This document shows, piece by piece, positions 55,773 through 64,000 of a DNA stretch of 64,000 nt. Location of the stretch: contig OZ024745.1 in NCBI GenBank assembly GCA_964016885.1, positions 89,466,001-89,530,000 of the forward strand. The letters are read 5' to 3'. Each line of letters opens with the position of its first letter. Positions within the stretch are counted from its first letter, which is position 1. Position numbers and translations under genes: made by a program. The notes under the pieces were generated by a model. The model was not told where the DNA came from. It saw only the letters and a program-made list of their open reading frames with translations, and did no database searches. The DNA is from Eledone cirrhosa (Eukaryota).

Positions 55773-57094
55773 ATTAGAACTAGTATCTGACAGTCACTTC
55801 GTTCACAAAAACATATTTGTGGTCCGTACACAGAATGTTTCATAAGAATGAAAACATATATTGATGGAAGCTATGTAGAGATGGAGGTCGTGATAATAAG
55901 AGCAATGATGCAGTATCATGTGACATTCTAACACTAGAAATTGATTTTTGTTTAAAAGTTACTGTCGTGTTCATCAATAACATCAGCCATAAACGTTTTT
56001 CAGTTATTGTTTTGACACTGGTTTGATGTCGTTATTATTGTCTGTCATGATGGTGGCCGTCGTTGTTATTGATGTCGACTATGGCATTGTCTTCTCTGTT
56101 GTAATTACAGTTAATACTTAATTTGATTCATTTTCTCTCATATCCTGTGTTGTTTTTATTCATTCCTTTGGATATGAAGACAGACATTTGCCGGAGGAGA
56201 GAAATACTTATGTGTATGTCATAGTGTATGTGGAACAATGTATAAGTGTATGCGTACACATGTAAGTGTGTGCGTGAGTGTATGTGTCTATGTGTCAGTA
56301 TGTATGTGCGTATGAGTGTGTATGTCTGTATGTGTATGAGTGTGTGTGTGTGTATGAGTGTGCGTGTGTATCTTTGTGTATGAGTGTGCGTATGTATACG
56401 TATAAGTGTGTATGAGTATGTGTGTGTGTTTATCTATGAGTGTGTATGTGTGTGTATGTGTGTGCATGAGTGTGTATATGTGTGTGTGTATGAGTGTGTA
56501 TGTTTGTGTATGAGTGTGTATGTGTGTGTATGAATGTGCGTGTGTGTGTATGAATGTGCATGTGTATGTATGTGTGTCTGTTTGAATGTTCGTGTGTGGG
56601 CATGTGTGTATGTGTATAAGTATTTTTGATAATAATAATTTAGAAAAGAAAGTCGTTTGATGAATTTCGGCATTATTAAGAAGAAGCAACTAAGCTGTCC
56701 ATTGAAATATTAGCAGAAGCGAAGAAATAATTAAAGTAAGGAAGAAAAGCGAAGTTATGAAAACAAATTCTTGAGACCGAGTAGATTGAAGTAGGGCAAT
56801 AAAAGAATAAACAAAAAGGAAAATGGAAGACAATGAAAGAGTGACATTTCAGAATGTGTTACAGGGATGTAGTAATATCCGCTTTATCGAAACATTAGTA
56901 AAATGGAGTGGAAATTTCAGCGTAATTATATTAATAATCTGACTTTTGTCGAAATAGGGGGGGGGGTATTAGGTGTTCTCGTTCTCTTATATTTTGCTTT
57001 TTCCTTAACATTGAAAATGTGTTATATATATGAATTATAACAGATGCGTATGTATATATGTATATATGTATATATATATATGTATATATATATA

Positions 57095-57726
57095 TACTAT
57101 AAAGTATGTCCATAGAATCATTTGATAATATATATACACCATTTCCTCTCCCAATTAGCATAATTAACCACACAAAAAATCAATTAGACCAGGCTATCAG
57201 ATTAAAAGGCACCTATGAAGAAACAGTAGATAAATAAACAACAGCAATCTCCTCGCGGCCAACCGCCATAAAATATTTATCCAACATTTCAACAGCACGT
57301 GGAAATCGATTAAATATACCGTCAACCATACACAATTAGGTATAAAATTAAAGTTAGAAGAAATGCTCCTACACATACCAGGATACACATACCTCGAGTT
57401 TCGTACGCCTTTTGATATATCCTATTAAGGATAAAATCTCGAGCTTCGAACTCAGCAGGAGACAAACTCGTTAGAACAGAATATTTTAAAAAGTGGTCCC
57501 CGCCAGTCACAAATTCAAAATGGCTAAGAATTGTGACGTGGCAGTGGTCAAGTCAGGAAGAATGTGATTGATTGCTTACGGCGAGTGGGTTGGTTGCTAG
57601 AAAGCGCAGCCCAATATTGCCCAAATTGCATCTCAAACTTTTGGGAGATTATTAAATATAAAGATTTACATATACAATGGTGTATATATATTATCAAATG
57701 ATTCTATGGACATACTTTATAGTATA
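57095..57726. mobile_element. (TA)n-inserted repeat with about 50-bp inverted segments; related copy at about 40170-40480
   Basis: 57095-57143 is the reverse complement of 57676-57726; the interior is homologous to 40230-40350. Confidence 0.7.
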
Positions 57727-57872
57727 TTGCTATGATTATTAATTCTTCATTGAGCCACATCTTGAATGGTTGCCAAAACACATATATATCTGTGACTTTG
57801 TCTAGTTTGTGTATATGTAAATCTTTGTATATATATATATATATATATAATGTATAAAATCAATACAATATT

Positions 57873-57950
57873 ATTACCTCATTACCAGAGGTTTCCCGAA
57901 TAAGGCGAATACGAAATAAACGACTTCATTCATTCGTCAGACGAGGCAAT
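57873..57950 (-). ncRNA. Type I hammerhead in the PLE family B 3' UTR (mutated mirror copy at 63429-63506 on plus)
   Basis: AUUGCCUCGU CUGACGA A UGAAUGA...UUAUUCG G GAAA CCUCUGG UA AUGAGGUAAU; 10-bp helix I. Confidence 0.85.
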
Positions 57951-58744
57951 ATAAAACATGGGCAAATACTTAGAAAAACACATCAAGAAAATCAAAAAAA
58001 TATATAGATAAATGAAATAGAAATTGAAATATATAAAAATCTATCAAGAAAAATAGTTAGGTGTGTGTATGTGTATGTATATACGCTCATAGATGTGCAT
58101 ATATGTATATGTGCACGTGTAAATGTATGGTTAGAAAGTGTGCGTAATTATAAAAATTTAGGGTAAATGTATCTATATGTCTGTATTATGCAGACGGAAA
58201 TGGTTACTTCGTAAAAATAAGAAAATAAAGTCGCGCGCATAAAAACGCCTGGACACTCGTACATTTAGATGCGGAAAGAAAGGAGATGAAGAGAGTATAA
58301 TAAATAAAAGAAAAGTATCTATTACGATATATTTATAAAAATATAGTAACGATAAATTAGAAAGACAAGATAGAAAGAAAAAATTAAAGAAAACAAAAAA
58401 AGCGGGGGTACATACATACACAGACACGCGTGTCTCACAAAAGAAATGTAAAAATAATTATGCTTATATACACACGCGCGCTTACACTTCCATACGTTCG
58501 ATACGTACATACACACACACACACACACACACATACTTATACTCGCGCATGCCCATGTATGAAACTGGGTAAGTAACAAAAGAGGGAAGGGGGGGGGGAG
58601 AAGAAAAAATAAAAAATAAAAAAGAACAAACAAAAAAATATAAAACCGAAATGTCAAAAACGCGGATATAAAGACACTTACACATACGCATAATATACAC
58701 ACACGCACACACACAAACACCAGTACACACACGCATACATACAC

Positions 58745-58779
<35 letters not shown>

Positions 58780-58783
<4 letters not shown>

Positions 58784-59926
58784 GAAGAGAGAAGAAACAT
58801 TTAGATATAATTAGTAATAAAATGCATCATACCTAAACTGTTCCTAAATTCCTCGACTACGTAGTTTCGTGGCATAAACAAAAACAATATATCAAAGATA
58901 TAGAGTCCTTGCGAGGTCTGCCGACTTATCAAGAGGATACCTCATTTTACTAGTCTCAAGAACGCGTCTACACGACGTGAGAAAGAATCCCAAAAGGCGG
59001 AGGGGGAGACAGTCACGCGATATAACGGTCGATATAACGGCAGACCTCGCAAGGACTCTATATCTTTGATATATTGTTTTTGTTTATGCCACGAAACTAC
59101 GTAGTCGAGGAATTTAGGAACAGTTTAGGTATGATGCATTTTATTACTAATTATATCTAAATGTTTCTTCTCTCTTCATAATGTATTTTTAACTCTGATA
59201 CTGGTTCAGTCTGGTTCAAACTGAATTGGTCTGTCCCAGTCATTCATCGGTGAAGTTGGCACCCTTCACTCACAGTTGGGTGCGGATGCATTCATGTATA
59301 TATGTGTGTGTCCGCATGTATCTGTGTGTTTCTAAATATATTAATAACTCCCTCTGGTCGAGCAATCTTTGAAGTGTGGGGACAACTGGAAAGCTTCCAT
59401 TACTCATACTTCTCGCCTTCTTCACTACCTCTTCTACGGCCTCGATATGAATACCCCCTCCGCCTCCGTGGTATTTTCTTCGTGGTTATAAGAGGCTTAG
59501 CTCTGTTTCTCGACCGTTATATCGCGTGACTGTCTCCCCCTCCGCCTTTTGGGATTCTTTCTCACGTCGTGTAGACGCGTTCTTGAGACTAGTAAAATGA
59601 GGTATCCTCTTGATAAGTCGGCAGACCTCGCAAGGACTCTATATCTTTGATATATTGTTTTTGTTTATGCCACGAAACTACGTAGTCGAGGAATTTAGGA
59701 ACAGTTTAGGTATGATGCATTTTATTACTAATTATATCTAAATGTTTCTTCTCTCTTCATAATGTATTTTTAACTCTGATACTGGTTCAGTCTGGTTCAA
59801 ACTGAATTGGTCTGTCCCAGTCATTCATTGAGCAACATCGGTGAAGTTGGCACCCTTAACTCACAGTTGGGTGCGGATGCATTCATGTATATATGTGTGT
59901 GTCCGCATGTATCTGTGTGTTTCTAA

Positions 59927-59930
<4 letters not shown>
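58780..59930. mobile_element. ORF-less HHR element nested in the PLE arm: inverted partial unit, partial unit, full unit of about 585 nt
   Basis: GAAA at 59093 and 59674 (period 581); full HHRs at 58850-58937(-) and 59605-59692(+); absent from the mirror arm. Confidence 0.88.
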
Positions 59931-59959
<29 letters not shown>

Positions 59960-60349
59960 CATGCACGCACGCGCACATACGTAGTCACTCATGTACATAT
60001 ATAAAAAAAATATACACACATTAAGGCGTTCAGCCATATTGAAATGTGGATAAATAAATACAAATATAAAATTGTAAGATAGGCGGCGCAAAAATAAAAT
60101 AAAAATAAAAATGAAAAATATATCTGGATTGGAAAACACAAAAGACAAGTATAATCAGTTAGTAGAGGAAAAAGGGAAGTAAAAGAAGGGGAAGTAAAAA
60201 ATAGAAAATAGGAAGTGGATCGGAGAATAAAGGGGGGGGGGAAGTAAAAATAAATAAAAAAATAAATAAAAGTGAAAATAAATGAAATTATCGACAAGGA
60301 TAAGAATGAAAGTAAGTCAGAAAGGGTAATTAAAAAGAGAATAATCAGA

Positions 60350-61705
60350 GTTTATGGAGGATAAGTGTCTGAAAGTGTGTTAAGTTTATATGAGCTGGAA
60401 AGCAGGTGTGATTTCATGTGTGGGCAACTGGTAACAATTTCCGTCTTTGTGTTCAGGCAGGTCTTTGGTGATTTGAGATTTTGCAATATCCAAAATTTTC
60501 ATTTATGCAGAGCGTGCATTTTCTTGTTCCTCTAGCATATTGTTTAGATTGGTTCAAAATTGACCAATCTAGTTTATATTGGATGCCTTGGTCTTTCAAA
60601 TCCCAGATTCTGCTAGCCAGAGCTGTTGTAAATCTTTTTTCTGGATGTCGGAAGGATGCGACATGTGAGTAATAACGCGTTTTGAATTTGTCTTGCGTCA
60701 TACCCACATATCGTTCACTGGTGACTGGATGGTTGTTGCTGATAGTTGTCACATTAGCCGCATATACAATGGCTTTGGTGTTGCATTTACCTTGTAATGG
60801 GCATTCACTTTTGATTCTACAGGAGCAAGTTTGATTTTCTCTAGGTGATGTTTTGTTGAGGATATAGGTCTTAATAGGGGGACCGCAGGAATAGCTAATT
60901 TTAACACATTTTCTGTTAAAGATCTTATAGTATCTATGTGTTCTAGGGAAATGTTTATCTAGGAGTTCTAGGAATTTTTTGCCTACATTAGTTTTAACTG
61001 CTAGAGAGTAGGGGGGTGTGAACCAGATTATTTTTCTTTTCCTATTTTTATGTTTAATAGAGTTAGTGTAGTTAGGTATGTATTTAATCGGTTCGCTAAA
61101 GCCGCTATTTTGGAGGGCTTTATTATAGTAGGGGGATGCCTTATTGAAAATAGCTTCTGATGAAGAGAGGGTGGAGATCCTACGGCTAATATTAGGGATA
61201 AGGTTTTTAAAAAAACTATAGGTGGATGGCAAGATCCTTTATTTATATATTTTAAGTTTTCATTAGGTTTATGGTATGGTTTATAAGAAGCAGTAGGCAA
61301 ATCTAAGTTTATATCTAGGAAATCTACGTTGGAAAGGTTAGTATCAATAGTAATTTTAAGATTAAAACTAGCAAAGGTTTTTATTAAGTCTTTCCTTAAT
61401 CTATCTAAGTTATGGCCTATGGTGGTATGGGAAAGTATTAGACCATCATCGCGATAAAGCCCAAAAATATGGTTAGGAAATTTTTCTTTAAGTGTATGTA
61501 AGAGGAATAGGCCGACCAGATCACAAACCTCGGCACTGTCATAAGAGCCCATTGAGACATCGAATGGGTTCTCTGGGTTAGATATTTTTACCCAAGTGTC
61601 ATTATCATTAAAAAGTAGAGTATTCCTAGCATGCAAGATTACGTCCTCTTCAATATCGGAGATATTAGTGAACCCTCTAGCGAAATTTAAAGCTTTCACT
61701 AAATC
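60350..61705 (-). pseudogene. PLE RT-thumb-GIY-YIG ORF, 5'-truncated, frameshifted near 61215 and 60500
   Basis: ORFs 61028-61843 and 60453-61232. Confidence 0.9.
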
Positions 61706-62174
61706 TAGAATCAAAAGTGAATGCCCATTACAAGGTAAATGCAACACCAAAGCCATTGTATATGCGGCTAATGTGACAACTATCAGCAACAACCATCCAG
61801 TCACCAGTGAACGATATGTGGGTATGACGCAAGACAAATTCAAAACGCGTTATTACTCACATGTCGCATCCTTCCGACATCCAGAAAAAAGATTTACAAC
61901 AGCTCTGGCTAGCAGAATCTGGGATTTGAAAGACCAAGGCATCCAATATAAACTAGATTGGTCAATTTTGAACCAATCTAAACAATATGCTAGAGGAACA
62001 AGAAAATGCACGCTCTGCATAAATGAAAAATTTTGGATATTGCAAAATCTCAAATCACCAAAGACCTGCCTGAACACAAAGACGGAAATTTTTACCAGTT
62101 GCCCACACATGAAATCACACCTGCTTTCCAGCTCATATAAACTTAACACACTTTCAGACACTTATCCTCCATAA
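61706..62174 (+). pseudogene. Open GIY-YIG domain of the plus arm
   Basis: C-terminal part of ORF 61596-62174; its N-terminus is antisense RT sequence. Confidence 0.85.
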
Positions 62175-62575
62175 ACTCTGATTATTCTCTTTTTAATTAC
62201 CCTTTCTGACTTACTTTCATTCTCATCCTTGTCGATAATTTCATTTATTTTCACTTTTATTTATTTTTTTATTTATTTTTACTTCACCCCCCCCCCCCCC
62301 CCCTTTATTCTCCGATCCACTTCCTATTTTCTATTTTTTACTTCCCCTTCTTTTACTTCCCTTTTTCCTCTACTAATTGATTATACTTGTCTTTTGTGTT
62401 TTCCAATCCAGATATATTTTTCATTTTTATTTTTATTTTATTTTTGCGCAGCCTATCTTACAATTTTATATTTGTATTTATTTATCCACATTTCAATATG
62501 GCTGAACGCCTTAATGTGTGTATATTTTTTTTATATATGTACATGAGTGACTACGTATGTGCGCGTGCGTGCATG

Positions 62576-62628
<53 letters not shown>

Positions 62629-63605
62629 ACGTGTATGTATGCGTGTGTGTACTGGTGTTTGTGTGTGTGCGTGTGTGTATATTATGCGTATGTGTAAGTG
62701 TCTTTATATCCGCGTTTTTGACATTTCGGTTTTATATTTTTTTGTTTCTTCTTTTTTATTTTTTATTTTTTCTTCTCCCCCCCCTTCCCTCTTTTGTTAC
62801 TTACCCAGTTTCATACATGGGCATGCTAACAGGTTTATATGCGCGAGTATAAGTATGTGTGTGTGTGTATGTACGTATCGAACGTATGGAAGTGTAAGCG
62901 CGCGTGTGTATATAAGCATAATTATTTTTACATTTCTTTTGTGAGACACGCGTGTCTGTGTATGTATGTACCCCCGCTTTTTTTGTTTTCTTTAATTTTT
63001 TCTTTCTATCTTGTCTTTCTAATTTATCGTTACTATATTTTTATAAATATATCGTAATAGATACTTTTCTTTTATTTATTATACTCTCTTCATCTCCTTT
63101 CTTTCCGCATCTAAATGTACGAGTGTCCAGGCGTTTTTATGCGCGCGACTTTATTTTCTTATTTTTACGAAGTAACCATTTCCGTCTGCATAATACAGAC
63201 ATATAGATACATTTGCCCTAAATTTTTATAATTACGCACACTTTCTAACCATACATTTACACGTGCACATATACATATATGCACATCTATGAGCGTATAT
63301 ACATACACATACACACACCTAACTATTTTTCTTGATAGATTTTTATATATTTCAATTTCTATTTCATTTATCTATATATTTTTTTGATTTTCTTGATGTG
63401 TTTTTCTAAGTATTTGCCCATGTTTTATATTGCCTCGTCTGGCGAACGAATGAAGTCGTTTATTTCGTATTCGCCTCATTCGGGAAACCTCTGGTAATAA
63501 GGTAATAATATTGTATTGATTTTATACATTAAATTTTGCTTTGATACTGACATAGAGCACTCTTCATTTCTATGACCTTTTCTGTTTCTAACTGAAATTT
63601 CAATA

Positions 63606-63649
<44 letters not shown>

Positions 63650-63652
<3 letters not shown>

Positions 63653-64000
63653 CGGGTAAAATTCACGAGATCCATGGACGAGTTCTCTCCAGCGGTCTCT
63701 GTCCCCCATTATCGCTGCCATGTCCTGCATCTCCAAGAGACCAGTGTCTGTCCTTAGGGCATCAACATACTTTAATCTTGGTCTTCCTCTTCCAGTGTGT
63801 CCATGTAGGGTCTCCCACAGGAGCACTGAGTGCAATGTCAACTCTGGATGTGGGTGAGCACGTCCAGCTAACCTCAGTCTCCTCTGTGTCACTTTTGAGC
63901 TGACTTTTGGGAGGCTCCCATACAGCTCTGAGTTTTTTATCCTCAGTGTATACTGATCAATGTTCAGAGCCATCCTCAGCATTCTCGTGCAGCACCCATC
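63650..64000 (-). pseudogene. RTE/RTEX-like LINE 3' end
   Basis: MLRMALNI...LYGSLPKVS..RRLRLAG...GRGRPRLKYVD...DRDRWR, ending at (TA)n. Confidence 0.75.

Larger units (their letters stand above)
57850..63610. mobile_element. PLE family B (Hydra-clade-like) head-to-head insertion: minus arm 57850-61705, plus arm 61706-63610
   Basis: RT motifs MGSYDSAEVCDLVG and GLYRDDGL; IIWFTPPYS; CSCR..CPLQGKC; GIY-YIG IVYAANV...YVGMT...R; CTLCINEK. Confidence 0.92.

Noticed and set aside
61596-61843. Overlapping antisense ORFs suggesting a novel fusion protein
   Set aside because: They arise from reading across the inversion junction at 61705/61706.
57850-63610. Amplification chimera or misassembly as the cause of the palindrome
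   Set aside because: The arms differ by substitutions, indels and a nested insertion. The perfect short hairpin at 6123-6255 cannot be cleared this way.

Overview
AT-rich, microsatellite-dense animal genomic DNA. The SINE and MITE families look like those I recall from octopod cephalopods (inference). I cannot support any intact host protein-coding gene; most listed ORFs are microsatellite artefacts or retroelement remnants. The window is a nest of transposable elements: Penelope-like elements (PLEs; RT plus C-terminal GIY-YIG, two types), three Tx1/L1-type LINEs plus fragments, a long R4/Dong-type LINE plus RLE fragments, RTE-like and CRE-like fragments, about nine tRNA-derived SINEs, and piggyBac-like and hAT-like MITEs. 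The most striking signal is non-coding: more than 15 type I hammerhead ribozyme (HHR) motifs read by eye, many with palindromic helix III. Three ORF-less tandem or inverted repeat families (periods about 319, 424 and 581 nt) carry one HHR per unit, like retrozymes. Three unrelated families use the compensatory U3-A8 core (UUGANAA) instead of C3-G8, and several HHRs carry large helix II insertions. Coordinates were counted by hand and element boundaries are approximate.
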